Source: Bdellovibrio sp.
GTDB taxonomy: Bacteria; Bdellovibrionota; Bdellovibrionia; Bdellovibrionales; Bdellovibrionaceae
Length of the DNA: 64,000 nt
Direction: 5' to 3'
Assembly: GCA_036676395.1 (NCBI GenBank)
Contig: JAKFCY010000002.1
Span: 1,056,001 to 1,120,000, forward strand
Shown: positions 19,201 to 29,562 of the stretch, in pieces
Layout: each line of letters begins with the position of its first letter
How positions within the stretch are numbered: the stretch's first letter is position 1
Made by a program: the position numbers and the translations under genes
Notes under the pieces: model-generated
The model's input: the letters and a program-made list of their open reading frames with translations, nothing else
Database searches by the model: none
Told to the model about the DNA's origin: nothing

Positions 19201-20595
19201 ATGAGCGAATTTCGTATTGAAAAAGACACTATGGGTGATGTTAAAGTTCCGGCCACGGCGTTGTGGGGCGCCCAAACTCAACGTTCAACTGAAAATTTTA
19301 AAATCGGTGGCGATCGTTTTCCGCGAGAGATGATTAAAGCCCTAGGCGTTTTGAAAAAATGTGCGGCGATGACAAACGCTGATCTTGGATTATTAGATAA
19401 AGCCAAAGCAGAATTTATTATTAAAGCGGCTGATGAAGTCATTTCTGGAAAACTTGATGCGCACTTTCCATTAGTTGTTTGGCAAACTGGTTCAGGCACA
19501 CAAACAAATATGAACGCGAACGAAGTGATCGCCAATCGCGCGATGACGATGCAAAATTTGACTTTGCCAAATAAAGCGGTTCATCCAAATGATGACGTGA
19601 ATAAAGGTCAAAGTTCTAATGATACATTTCCGACAGCGATGCATATTGCAGTTGCTGATCAATTACATTCTCGACTTATTCCGATGATGCTAAAGCTTCA
19701 TAAGGCTTTAGAAACAAAGTCTGCTGAATTTAAAGATATCGTAAAAATTGGCCGTACTCACTTGATGGATGCTACTCCATTAACTTTAGGTCAGGAATTT
19801 TCTGGTTACACGACACAAATGAAAAATGGCGTTCAGCGTATCAAAAATACTTTACCGCATGTGCATGAATTAGCATTAGGTGGAACCGCAGTCGGTACGG
19901 GATTAAATACTCATATTGATTTTCCGAAAAAAGCTGCGGCAGCAATTGCGGCTGAAACGCATATTCCGTTTGTGACAGCTCCTAATAAATTTGAAGCATT
20001 AGCTTCGCATGATGCTTTAGTTGAATTGCATGGTGCTTTAAAAACTGTGGCTGTGTCATTGATGAAAATTGCCAATGACATTCGTTTGTTAGGATCTGGT
20101 CCGCGTTGTGGCTTTGGTGAATTAAATTTGCCAGAGAATGAACCAGGGTCTTCAATCATGCCTGGTAAAGTAAACCCAACACAATCTGAAGCAATGACGA
20201 TGGTGTGCGCTCAAGTTCTTGGCAACGATGTGGCTGTAAATGTTGGTGGAGCTACCGGACATTTTGAACTAAATGTTTTTAAACCAGTTATTGTGTTTAA
20301 CTGCTTAAACTCAATTCGTTTAATCGCGGATGCGTGCGAAAGTTTCACTGATCACTGTGTTGTTGGCATTACAGCAAACACAGCTCAGATTAAAAAACAC
20401 TTAGATAACTCTTTAATGTTAGTCACAGCACTTAATCCGCACATCGGTTATGACAACGCGGCAAAGATCGCCAAGACCGCACATAAAAACGGAACGACTT
20501 TAAAGGAAGAAGCTGTTAAGCTAGGGTTATTAACTGCCGAAAAATTCGATGAAGTTGTTCGTCCTGAAACAATGATTTCTCCACTCGGTAAATAG
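19201..20595 (+). CDS. fumC: Class II fumarate hydratase
   Basis: [25 protein letters not shown]. Confidence 0.99.
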   Translation: MSEFRIEKDTMGDVKVPATALWGAQTQRSTENFKIGGDRFPREMIKALGVLKKCAAMTNADLGLLDKAKAEFIIKAADEVISGKLDAHFPLVVWQTGSGTQTNMNANEVIANRAMTMQNLTLPNKAVHPNDDVNKGQSSNDTFPTAMHIAVADQLHSRLIPMMLKLHKALETKSAEFKDIVKIGRTHLMDATPLTLGQEFSGYTTQMKNGVQRIKNTLPHVHELALGGTAVGTGLNTHIDFPKKAAAAIAAETHIPFVTAPNKFEALASHDALVELHGALKTVAVSLMKIANDIRLLGSGPRCGFGELNLPENEPGSSIMPGKVNPTQSEAMTMVCAQVLGNDVAVNVGGATGHFELNVFKPVIVFNCLNSIRLIADACESFTDHCVVGITANTAQIKKHLDNSLMLVTALNPHIGYDNAAKIAKTAHKNGTTLKEEAVKLGLLTAEKFDEVVRPETMISPLGK

Positions 20596-20619
20596 AACAG
20601 TCAAAAGTTAGGTAAATAA

Positions 20620-21498
20620 TTGAAGAAACTTAATCCGTTATTAGCAAAGTCGACATGGTTGGAATCTGGTGACATCAAACCTTATGTGTTTGTGCGCCCA
20701 GAAAATCAGATTGCTCAGCCGGGGACTCGTCATCATTTGGATTGGTTTATTCATGAACCTATTTATAAAAATCCGTTAAATTTAAATGAGCTTCCTTTTG
20801 CCGATGCGATTTATCAAATCGAGTGGAAGTCTTTTGGTAAACAAGACTTAGCGATTCCGCGTTGGGTATTTTATGACTGCGCGGCGATGCCTGGCTTTAT
20901 TGCCGGTTTTGCCGGTCGCACATCGAAATTACCAAAACAATTAGTTAAAGATCTTGGAATTCCAGAATCTGAAGAATGGTGTCCGTTATCTTTATTTATT
21001 ATTATTCCGACGATGCACAAAGGGGAGTGGGTGGCCTACGATCTTTGTTCGGTGAATTCATTTTTACCGAAAGAGCAGCAGTACCACGGCCTTGGCTTTT
21101 TATCTAAGGCGTTTGCTTTATGGTATGCCAACGTTGAGCAGTGCTCGGGCATGACCCAGTGGGGATCACCATCATTAAAATTACATTCACACTACGGCCA
21201 CTTAGAATTAATTGGTTCGTATGCTCCGCTACACACGCACGCAAAAACGATGACCTATCGTTGTGATGTGAATACCGATTGTTGGGAAAAGTTTTTTACT
21301 AAAGAAGAAGATATGGCATTTCTTGAAAAATGTGCCCCTTCTGGAAAAACGATTGATCCAAAAAGTGAACAGTCGATGATTGAAATGCAAAATTTAATAC
21401 AGCAAAATCTTGGCCCTTATTATTTAAGTGCTACCGAAATTGCTAAACAAGAATTAACAGCGCCTTTAACAGTGTATCATTTAAAGAAAGAACGCTAG
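20620..21498 (+). CDS. Hypothetical protein
   Basis: 292-aa ORF with TTG start filling the gap between fumC and the next gene; globular composition, no motif recognised. Confidence 0.7.
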   Translation: MKKLNPLLAKSTWLESGDIKPYVFVRPENQIAQPGTRHHLDWFIHEPIYKNPLNLNELPFADAIYQIEWKSFGKQDLAIPRWVFYDCAAMPGFIAGFAGRTSKLPKQLVKDLGIPESEEWCPLSLFIIIPTMHKGEWVAYDLCSVNSFLPKEQQYHGLGFLSKAFALWYANVEQCSGMTQWGSPSLKLHSHYGHLELIGSYAPLHTHAKTMTYRCDVNTDCWEKFFTKEEDMAFLEKCAPSGKTIDPKSEQSMIEMQNLIQQNLGPYYLSATEIAKQELTAPLTVYHLKKER

Positions 21499-21526
21499 GC
21501 TTTGCCTAGACAGAAGAGAGAAAATC

Positions 21527-21964
21527 ATGGCTGAATTAACGTTACCCGCAGTTGCTAAATCGTTCCACACTCATTGCAAAAAATGTGAAGGCGATCGTTA
21601 TCACATCGTTTTAGCTCACACATCTCCGACAAAAGCGAAAATCGAATGTGAAGTTTGTAAATCACGTAAAACGTACACATTGCCTAAAACGGGAAGCGCT
21701 TCTCCAAGTGCAGTTCGTTTAAGTGCTAAAGGTACAAAAGCTAAAGCTAACTCTGCAAAATCGCACACAGGCCAATACGAAGTTTATAATTCAAACCGTA
21801 TGGCTGATGAAGCGACTCCTTATTCAATCAAAGGCAGCTTTAAAGAAACACAAAAATTAAACCATGCTAAATTTGGTATTGGTTTTGTGACTAAAACTTA
21901 CGACGAAAAAATCGATGTGATTTTTTCTGACGAAGTTCGCACGTTAATGCAAAACCGCAAATAA
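21527..21964 (+). CDS. Zinc-ribbon plus PcrA/UvrD-Tudor-like domain protein
   Basis: CKKC...CEVC N-terminus; C-terminal FKETQKLNHAKFGIGFV..KIDVIF. Confidence 0.6.
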   Translation: MAELTLPAVAKSFHTHCKKCEGDRYHIVLAHTSPTKAKIECEVCKSRKTYTLPKTGSASPSAVRLSAKGTKAKANSAKSHTGQYEVYNSNRMADEATPYSIKGSFKETQKLNHAKFGIGFVTKTYDEKIDVIFSDEVRTLMQNRK

Positions 21965-21996
21965 TCTTACACTAATTATCAGTATAGTTATCTATC

Positions 21997-24006
21997 GTGA
22001 ATAAGTGGACCCAAGGACTCAATCCAGAGCAAGGCGATGCTGTGAACCATAATCACGGCCCGCTGCTTATTTTAGCCGGAGCCGGCTCGGGTAAGACTAC
22101 GGTTTTAGTTTCACGCACGGGGCGTTTGATCGACGAAAAAATCGCCAAAGCCGAAGAGATCTGCGTTTTAACTTTTACGAATAAGGCCGCGCGTGAATTA
22201 AAACACCGCGTGCAAGTTAAAGTCGGGATTAAATCAAAGGGGCTATGGGCTGGAACCTTTCATTCGTTTGGTTTACAGCTTTTGCGTAAAAATCATAAAC
22301 TGTGTGGTTTGCCAGCCCAGTTCGGTATTTTAGACCAATCTGATTCGCAGGCGGTTTTGAAAGACCTAGCTAAAAATCTGCGTAACACCACTAAAGATAA
22401 ATTCGATTTTTCAAAAGTCTTAGAACTAGTAAATCAACTGCGCGCTAAAAAAACTTTACCTGTTGAATTAGAAGAGTATCACGAAATGGCGATGGCTTTA
22501 ATGCCTGGCTATGAAAAAGAACTCTTACGATTAGGCGTGGTGGATTTTGAAGGTTTATTATTAGAACCTTTAAGATTATTTCAAAAACATCCTGAAGTTT
22601 TGGTGCAGACGCAAGAGCGCTTTAAGCAGATCATGGTCGATGAATTTCAAGATACGAATCAAGAGCAGATGAAATTAATTCGCGCGATTTCAGATTCGCA
22701 CACCAATCTTGCGGTCGTAGGTGATGATGACCAATCGATTTACGGTTGGCGTGGCGCCGAGATTCAGAATATTTTAAATTTTCCGAAAGAATTTAAAAAC
22801 TGCCAGGTGATTAAATTAGAGCGTAATTACCGGTCGAGCGAAAACATTTTAGATTTAGGCAATGCCGTTATCGCTAAAAATGCAAAACGTCATGGTAAAG
22901 TTTTACGTTCTGAAAAAGCCAAAAAAATTGAACACCAAAAACCAGAGGTCTTTGTTTTAGATAACGAAGATGACGAAGCCGACTTTGTTTGTCGCGAAAT
23001 TCAAACAATCAAAGCTGCCGGTGGTAAAAATCGTGATATCGCGATTTTATATCGATCTAACACGCAAGGTGCCTTTATCGAAACCAGTTTGCGCAAAGGC
23101 CAAATCCCTTACAGCATCACTGGTGGCACTTCGATCTTTGATCGTAAAGAAGCCAAAGACTGGTTAGCGTATTTAAAACAATCTTTAAACGATGATGAAG
23201 TTTCGTTTCGCCGGATCGTGAATCTACCGCCACGTGGTTTGGGTGAAAACACTTTAGATAAGCTGATGGCTTACGCTGAAGAAGTTGAGCTGAATTTGCC
23301 GCAAGCTTCGAAAAAATGGGATAAAGCGGGGCTTCCTGAAGATAAAGGTAAAATCTTAGATAATTTTAATGAATGGATGTGGACGTTTCCGCAACGTCTG
23401 TTAGATGACACTTCAATTGGTGAAACCATTTCTAAACGTTTTGAATTTCTGGTGCGTGAAATTGGTTACCGTGACCACATGATCAAAAACTCTGAAGGCA
23501 TGGCCTTTGATAAAAAATGGCAAGTCGTTGAGATCGTCGGCCGAATTTTAGAAAGTTATGTGGGGCGCCGTGAACCTTCGATTGGCACGCTGAAAGATTT
23601 CGTCGATAGCATGCAGCTTCGTGATGATGTCGGTAATGAAGAAGTAAAAGACGAAGTGCAGTTGATGACGTTTCATGCCTCGAAAGGTTTGGAATTTCCG
23701 AATGTCATTTTAGTGGGTGTTGAAGAAGATTTGCTTCCGCATAAACGTTTAGGCGGTGATATCGATGAAGAGCGCAGACTTTTTTACGTTGGCATCACGC
23801 GGGCGCAAGAAAAGCTGACTTTAAGCTATTGTCGTCAGCGAAAAAAGCAGGGTGTGGTTCGGCCGGTGTCGCCATCGCGGTTTTTACTAGAGGTAGATCA
23901 AAGTCTTGTTGTGTGTCACGAAATGGGAAACCGTCCCGTTTCGGCCGATGAGCGTGAAGATCTTGTTAAGAACTTTTTAGCTAAATTTGATTCTGCAAAA
24001 AAATAA
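21997..24006 (+). CDS. UvrD/Rep/PcrA family 3'-5' DNA helicase
   Basis: AGAGSGKT, TFTNKAA, VDEFQDTN, GDDDQSIY, NYRS, TFHASKGLEF, EERRLFYVGITRA. Confidence 0.97.
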   Translation: MNKWTQGLNPEQGDAVNHNHGPLLILAGAGSGKTTVLVSRTGRLIDEKIAKAEEICVLTFTNKAARELKHRVQVKVGIKSKGLWAGTFHSFGLQLLRKNHKLCGLPAQFGILDQSDSQAVLKDLAKNLRNTTKDKFDFSKVLELVNQLRAKKTLPVELEEYHEMAMALMPGYEKELLRLGVVDFEGLLLEPLRLFQKHPEVLVQTQERFKQIMVDEFQDTNQEQMKLIRAISDSHTNLAVVGDDDQSIYGWRGAEIQNILNFPKEFKNCQVIKLERNYRSSENILDLGNAVIAKNAKRHGKVLRSEKAKKIEHQKPEVFVLDNEDDEADFVCREIQTIKAAGGKNRDIAILYRSNTQGAFIETSLRKGQIPYSITGGTSIFDRKEAKDWLAYLKQSLNDDEVSFRRIVNLPPRGLGENTLDKLMAYAEEVELNLPQASKKWDKAGLPEDKGKILDNFNEWMWTFPQRLLDDTSIGETISKRFEFLVREIGYRDHMIKNSEGMAFDKKWQVVEIVGRILESYVGRREPSIGTLKDFVDSMQLRDDVGNEEVKDEVQLMTFHASKGLEFPNVILVGVEEDLLPHKRLGGDIDEERRLFYVGITRAQEKLTLSYCRQRKKQGVVRPVSPSRFLLEVDQSLVVCHEMGNRPVSADEREDLVKNFLAKFDSAKK

Positions 24007-24015
24007 TAAGCCGTT

Positions 24016-24086
24016 GTTTCAGACTGATACGGTTTTGTAAACAAAGAGAATAATAATCCTTCAAAAATTGTCAAATATGCCGACAA
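24016..24086 (+). promoter_or_regulatory. Palindromic operator plus sigma28-type promoter of fibre gene 1
   Basis: GTTTCA-GAC-TGATAC (24016-30); GCCGACAA (24079-86) lies 7 nt before GTG 24094. Confidence 0.7.
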
Positions 24087-24093
24087 GTTACCT

Positions 24094-27000
24094 GTGGTGA
24101 ACGTACGTTGGCAGATCAAAAATCTGAATCTTTTTGCAATCGTGTTTGTATTCATATTTATGAATACACTATCAGTTTTTGCCGCACCAAATCGCACAAC
24201 CTATCAAGCTAAAATTGTAAAACCAGATGGCTATCCCCTTGAATCTTCGAGTGTAAATTTTAAATTTACGATTTTAGATCCAACCGGAAGTTGTATTTTA
24301 TATGCTGAGACTTATTCTTCAGTGAATATGTCTACAACTGGCGGATTAATTTCTTTCTCATTAGGGTCTGGAGTTAAAACATATCCAGTATCAGCGACGA
24401 CTTTTGAACAGGTTTTTTCTAATATCACGCCGACGTTATCTTGTGATGCCGGTGGGCCTCCAAGTTATTCTCCGGCCAGCAGTGATGCGCGAAAAATCGT
24501 GATGCAGTTTCATGACGGCGCTGGTTGGCAAACCTTACCAGCGATGAGTATTAATGCTGTGCCCTATGCAATGTATGCCAGTGAAGCTTCTAGCTTGAAT
24601 GGTAAAACTGATGCTGACTTCGTTCAACTTGCAGCGATGCCAACGTGTTTAACGACAGAAGCGCTTCATTACAACGGCACTAGTTTTTCGTGCGTGAATA
24701 CAGCAAGTGTTTCTGCAGCGGCAGTGGTTTCTGCTTTAGGTTATACTCCGGCAGATGCGGTGAGTGTGACAGCGCTAAGCTCTTCGCTAGCGACAACAGA
24801 TTCGGCAGTGTCTGCTGTATCAGCTTCTGTTTTTTCAGTCGCCGCTAATGTCGCTTCAGTTTCTTCAAGTGTGTTTGCTGTTTCTTCGACGGTTTCATTA
24901 TTAGCTAATACAGTTTCTGCGATCACGTCTTCGCAATGGACATCCAGCGGAACAGCAGTTTATTACAATTCTGGAAATGTGGGAATCGGCACAGATAATC
25001 CCATCACCACGTTGGAAGTGAACGGAGCAATTACGGCGACGAATGGTGCGGGCACATTAAATTTACGTGCAGGTGCTGTGCAAGATCACACTTACATGCA
25101 ATTTTTTGCTCGCAGTGCCAGTCCAACAACGCGAACAGGTTATTTTGGCTATCCGTCAGTCGGCACGAATCAGCTGAATATCTTTAATGAAACTGCAACT
25201 GGTGCTATTGGATTTGGAACTAGTGGAACCTCTCGCATGGTGATTACTTCTGCCGGCAATGTCGGTATTGGTTTACTGGCTCCAGTAACTAAATTAGAAG
25301 TTTCTGGCGGTGTGCGAATCAGTATGGAAGCCGCAGCTTGTAGTGTAAGTTACGCCGGAACTTTACGTTATAATTCTGGCTTAGTCGAATATTGTAATGG
25401 CGCTTCATGGTCAGCATTTGGTGTAGCCGGTGCAGGAATTACTTTAGTTAATGGTTCATCTTCGGGCACACAAACTTTTGTAACAGGAATTAGCGGAACT
25501 AATTTTAATATTACGACAAATAACGGAGTTCACTCGTTTAATATTCCGTTAGCAGCATCAGCTTCTGTGACTGCAGGTTTGTTATCGAATGCAGATTATG
25601 TAACTTTTAATAATAAAGTAAGTGCAACTTCATCTTCAGTGATTTCTGCATTAGGCTATGCGCCAGCAAGTGCATCAACAGTGGCAACTGTTCAGGCAGA
25701 TATTAACTCAGTGTCTGCAGCGGTTGCTGCAACAAACACAAATGTTGCAGCAGTGTCTTCAACTGTGGCCGCATTGCAATCTTCTGTGACTTCATTATCT
25801 TCAAATACGGCGGCAAGTTTTGCGGCTATTACTTCTTCGCAATGGGTAACGAGTGGTTCAACGATTAATTATTCGGCAGGTAGTGTGGGTGTGGGTACTG
25901 CGGCTCCAGTGACTAAACTAGAGATCGCAGGTGGTGTTAAAATTAGTATGGAAGCCGCAACTTGTGCTGTAAGTTTTGCTGGTACTTTACGTTATAACTC
26001 GGGTTCAGTTGAATTTTGTAATGGCACGACTTGGGCCGCTTTCGGAGTTTCAACTTCAGGTTTAACTTCGTTAAATGGATCTAGTTCACAAACGCAAACT
26101 TTTGCAAACGGCGCAACAGGTACTCAGCCTGCATATGTTACGGCAAATGGAGTTCACATTTTAAATATTCCGTTAGCGGCCACTGGTTCTGTGACTGCGG
26201 GTTTATTATCAAATGTTGATTACGTTTCATTTTCAAATAAAGTAAATGCAACAAGTGCAGCTATTATTTCTGCTTTAGGTTATACTCCTGCAAATAATGC
26301 AGCTTCAGGCACTTATGCCGTTAAATCTAATAATTTATCTGATTTAACATCAGCAACCGTAGCGCGAACTAATTTAGGCTTAGGATCGATCTCTGTATTA
26401 AATTCGGTTGATCTAAGCGGATCACAAGCGACAGGAACTTTGGCAGCAGCAAGACTACCGGCATTTAGTGGTGATGCGACCAGTTCAGTAGGTTCTGCGA
26501 TTTTAACTTTAACTTCGGTTGGTTCAGGAGTAACAAGTGGATCGCAATACACGAAAGTCACTGTTGATGGCAAAGGCCGCGTAACAAGTGGCGCGCAGTT
26601 GTCTGTAACAGATGTAACAACCGCTTTAGGTTATACTCCGGCAAGTGCTTCGGCATCTACGCAGTGGGTAACCAGTGGTACTACTATCAATTATTCAGCT
26701 GGTAATGTCGGGATCGGCACAGCTGCTCCGCAGGGCCCGCTACATATTTTATCAAGTTCACCGAATGCCATTGTTTTAGAAAGATCGAATTCTAATAATT
26801 CGCATATTGAATATAAAAATACCGCAGGTAGTGTTTACGCGGGATTAAACTCTGGGGGCTCTTATGCCATCGGGCCAAATTTGAATTTATCATCAAGCCC
26901 TTTTCTTACAGTGACTAGTGCTACAGGTAATGTGGGGATTGGTATTGCATCACCGCAAGAGCAGCTGCATTTAAGCAGAGTTTTAAAATTTACGAATAGC

Positions 27001-29562
27001 GTTGGAGTAAGTAACTTTCGTGCGCCAACAGCAGATAGTTTCAGGATTTTTAACCACGACGACCAGAGCACTGGTAATGCTTACGGCACTGGTGATAATA
27101 ACGCGATTATTTTTGAAAATGTCGACAGTAATAATCCGGCACCAGATGACAGTTTTTATTTTATAAATCATGGATCGGCTGGACCTGTGCTTGCCTTGGC
27201 CATTAAGGGAAGTGGCAATGTCGGTTTAGGCCTAACAAACCCAACTGCTAAATTACATTTAACTTCTGGTTCGACTTCAATTGCGCCAGTGAAACTGACA
27301 GCGGGTAATTTATTATCAGCTCCGCAATCGGGAGCGATTGAGTATGACGGAACATCTTTTTACGTAACTGATGGTGCAAATTCGCGTAAAGCTCTTCTTA
27401 CTGATACAAATGGTTATTACGCTGTTAATACTCTGACATCTGCCGGTCATATGATTTTAGCACCGACGGGTTCAGTTTTTGTTTCTTCGACCGCTGTTTC
27501 AACCAACTCGAACACTGGCGCATTAGTAGTGAGTGGCGGAGTAGGTGTTGGCGGAAATATTAACGCCGCTGGAAACATTTCAACTACTGCAAATATGCAA
27601 GCGGCGTCGATCACGGCGACCAGCGGATTTATTTCTCCGTATATTGCTGGTGGTGTGGCCTCAGGTGGTGCGATCACAATTGATTCAACGACAAATGCCG
27701 GTAAAGGAAATATTTATTTAAATCCTAATGGCGGCAAAGTAGGTATTGGTTATAATTCACCAGCCGGAAAACTTCATATCGGTGGATCACTGTCTGGAGC
27801 TTATCGTTCATGGATGGATAACGGTATACTGATTGGAAAATCTGGTGATAGTGATGGTGGTTACTTTGGTCTGAAAGACGAAGGCGTGAATCGTCAAGAT
27901 ACCGTGATCGCCTGGGGCGATGATGCGACTGAAACTTTAAGATTTATTCATACTGCAAGTGGTGGCGCTTCTGACGGTGCTGAAGCCATGCGAATTACGG
28001 CTGCCGGCAATGTCGGTATCGGAACATCAGCACCTGCCCAGAGATTATCGGTGAACGGTGATATGGGTATTACCGGTGATTTGAAAATGAATGGTAACGA
28101 TAGCTATATTTGGACCAACGGAACAGGTACAGGATATACAGGAATTTGGGATACAGCTAATTCTAGACCATTACTTTTTACTTCTGAAAATTCAGGCAAC
28201 GTAGGTATTAAAACGACAGCTCCAATTACAGAGCTAGATGTCAGCGGAAGTGTTTTGGTTCGTGGGCAAAATATTTTTATGAGTCATGATGCTGGTACAA
28301 ATGTGAATAATGATTATTTTAATTACGATGATAATGCAGTTTTGGGTACTGGCGGCGTGTTTTCGTTCTTTGCAGATTCTGCGCGTGGCCTAAGTTGGAC
28401 TGGCGCGAACGGTGCTATAGCAGCTCGGGCTGGGTATTTCGTAAATAACGTATCTATCGGAACATCAGCAACGACGAGAAACCTTGAAGTGAATGGTTCA
28501 ATCAATGCCGGTGGTATGGTGGCAGAGACTTTTACTTTCGGAATCGATGGCACTGTGAATGGAACGTGGGCTATTGGCTCTTTATCAAATAATGGAACTG
28601 TCGTGCATGCAACGTTTGATCTTCACGTGCATAACGGAAGCACGATTGATGCGTTGAAGTTTCAAGTAAGTCTTCCGACTTATTCAAATGGAACTTTCTA
28701 TTCAGGCTGGCAAGAGCTTCCGGTCGCATTTGGAAGCTCGGCATGGAATGGTCAGAAAAACTATGTTGTTGATGTGTTGCGTACGTCGGCCTCTTCAGGT
28801 AATCCGATTTTCTTTCGTGTCAGAAATAAAGGCGGGAATGGATCAGCTTCAAGTATGAAAGTGCGTATGACTTATAACAGTGATCAAACTTTTACCCGTA
28901 TCACTCACCAAAATACTGTCGGTACTGCATTTAATGCAGGAACTGCTGCAGCCGGTGGTCCGGTTGATGGTATGTATGGAGCGCTCGAGTATTCATTTCC
29001 GGTAGCTATTGGTCAGGGCTGGAAACCAACAAATCATGATGGTCTATTTGTTAAAAACAGTGGTTATGTCGGTATCGGCACAAGTACTCCAAGCGAGATG
29101 TTAGAAGTCAGTGGCAGTGTGAAAGCCACATCTTACTTATACACTTCTGATCGCAGATTAAAAAAAGATATCATCACTTTGCCAGATGCTTTAGCTAGCG
29201 TCTTAAAACTTCGCGGGGTAAATTTCGTTTGGAAAAACAATAATGAAAAAACCGTGGGTTTTATCGCGCAAGAAGTTGAAGAAGTTTATCCTGAACTGGT
29301 AAAAACTGATAAAGTCTCAGGTTTTAAAGCGGTTCAGTACGGAAATATCGTAGCAATTTTAGTTGAAGCGATTAAACAAGAAAACAAAGAGCGTTTAGAG
29401 GCGCAAAATCGCTGTGAAGCTCAAATTGCAAACGTGCAACGTTCAGTGGCTAGTGTCAGTGATAAATCGGATGCGCGTATTAATCAGCTTGAAAAAGAAA
29501 ATCAAGAGCTTAAAAACCGCTTAGAAAAAATCGAGAAATTCTTAAACGAAAAAGTAAAATGA
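24094..29562 (+). CDS. Giant secreted tail-fibre-like adhesin 1 with C-terminal S74 chaperone (MAT-like)
   Basis: 30-aa signal peptide; TTYQAKI..PDG..INAVPYAMYA N-domain; about 11 GxVGIGT repeats; YTSDRRLK...GFIAQEVE S74 domain plus coiled coil. Confidence 0.9.
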   Translation: MVNVRWQIKNLNLFAIVFVFIFMNTLSVFAAPNRTTYQAKIVKPDGYPLESSSVNFKFTILDPTGSCILYAETYSSVNMSTTGGLISFSLGSGVKTYPVSATTFEQVFSNITPTLSCDAGGPPSYSPASSDARKIVMQFHDGAGWQTLPAMSINAVPYAMYASEASSLNGKTDADFVQLAAMPTCLTTEALHYNGTSFSCVNTASVSAAAVVSALGYTPADAVSVTALSSSLATTDSAVSAVSASVFSVAANVASVSSSVFAVSSTVSLLANTVSAITSSQWTSSGTAVYYNSGNVGIGTDNPITTLEVNGAITATNGAGTLNLRAGAVQDHTYMQFFARSASPTTRTGYFGYPSVGTNQLNIFNETATGAIGFGTSGTSRMVITSAGNVGIGLLAPVTKLEVSGGVRISMEAAACSVSYAGTLRYNSGLVEYCNGASWSAFGVAGAGITLVNGSSSGTQTFVTGISGTNFNITTNNGVHSFNIPLAASASVTAGLLSNADYVTFNNKVSATSSSVISALGYAPASASTVATVQADINSVSAAVAATNTNVAAVSSTVAALQSSVTSLSSNTAASFAAITSSQWVTSGSTINYSAGSVGVGTAAPVTKLEIAGGVKISMEAATCAVSFAGTLRYNSGSVEFCNGTTWAAFGVSTSGLTSLNGSSSQTQTFANGATGTQPAYVTANGVHILNIPLAATGSVTAGLLSNVDYVSFSNKVNATSAAIISALGYTPANNAASGTYAVKSNNLSDLTSATVARTNLGLGSISVLNSVDLSGSQATGTLAAARLPAFSGDATSSVGSAILTLTSVGSGVTSGSQYTKVTVDGKGRVTSGAQLSVTDVTTALGYTPASASASTQWVTSGTTINYSAGNVGIGTAAPQGPLHILSSSPNAIVLERSNSNNSHIEYKNTAGSVYAGLNSGGSYAIGPNLNLSSSPFLTVTSATGNVGIGIASPQEQLHLSRVLKFTNSVGVSNFRAPTADSFRIFNHDDQSTGNAYGTGDNNAIIFENVDSNNPAPDDSFYFINHGSAGPVLALAIKGSGNVGLGLTNPTAKLHLTSGSTSIAPVKLTAGNLLSAPQSGAIEYDGTSFYVTDGANSRKALLTDTNGYYAVNTLTSAGHMILAPTGSVFVSSTAVSTNSNTGALVVSGGVGVGGNINAAGNISTTANMQAASITATSGFISPYIAGGVASGGAITIDSTTNAGKGNIYLNPNGGKVGIGYNSPAGKLHIGGSLSGAYRSWMDNGILIGKSGDSDGGYFGLKDEGVNRQDTVIAWGDDATETLRFIHTASGGASDGAEAMRITAAGNVGIGTSAPAQRLSVNGDMGITGDLKMNGNDSYIWTNGTGTGYTGIWDTANSRPLLFTSENSGNVGIKTTAPITELDVSGSVLVRGQNIFMSHDAGTNVNNDYFNYDDNAVLGTGGVFSFFADSARGLSWTGANGAIAARAGYFVNNVSIGTSATTRNLEVNGSINAGGMVAETFTFGIDGTVNGTWAIGSLSNNGTVVHATFDLHVHNGSTIDALKFQVSLPTYSNGTFYSGWQELPVAFGSSAWNGQKNYVVDVLRTSASSGNPIFFRVRNKGGNGSASSMKVRMTYNSDQTFTRITHQNTVGTAFNAGTAAAGGPVDGMYGALEYSFPVAIGQGWKPTNHDGLFVKNSGYVGIGTSTPSEMLEVSGSVKATSYLYTSDRRLKKDIITLPDALASVLKLRGVNFVWKNNNEKTVGFIAQEVEEVYPELVKTDKVSGFKAVQYGNIVAILVEAIKQENKERLEAQNRCEAQIANVQRSVASVSDKSDARINQLEKENQELKNRLEKIEKFLNEKVK
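25387..25484 (+). repeat. 98-bp perfect direct repeat shared with 32107-32204
   Basis: Base-by-base identical from GAATATTGTAATGGCGCTTC to CAAACTTTTGTAAC in fibre genes 1 and 2. Confidence 0.9.
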
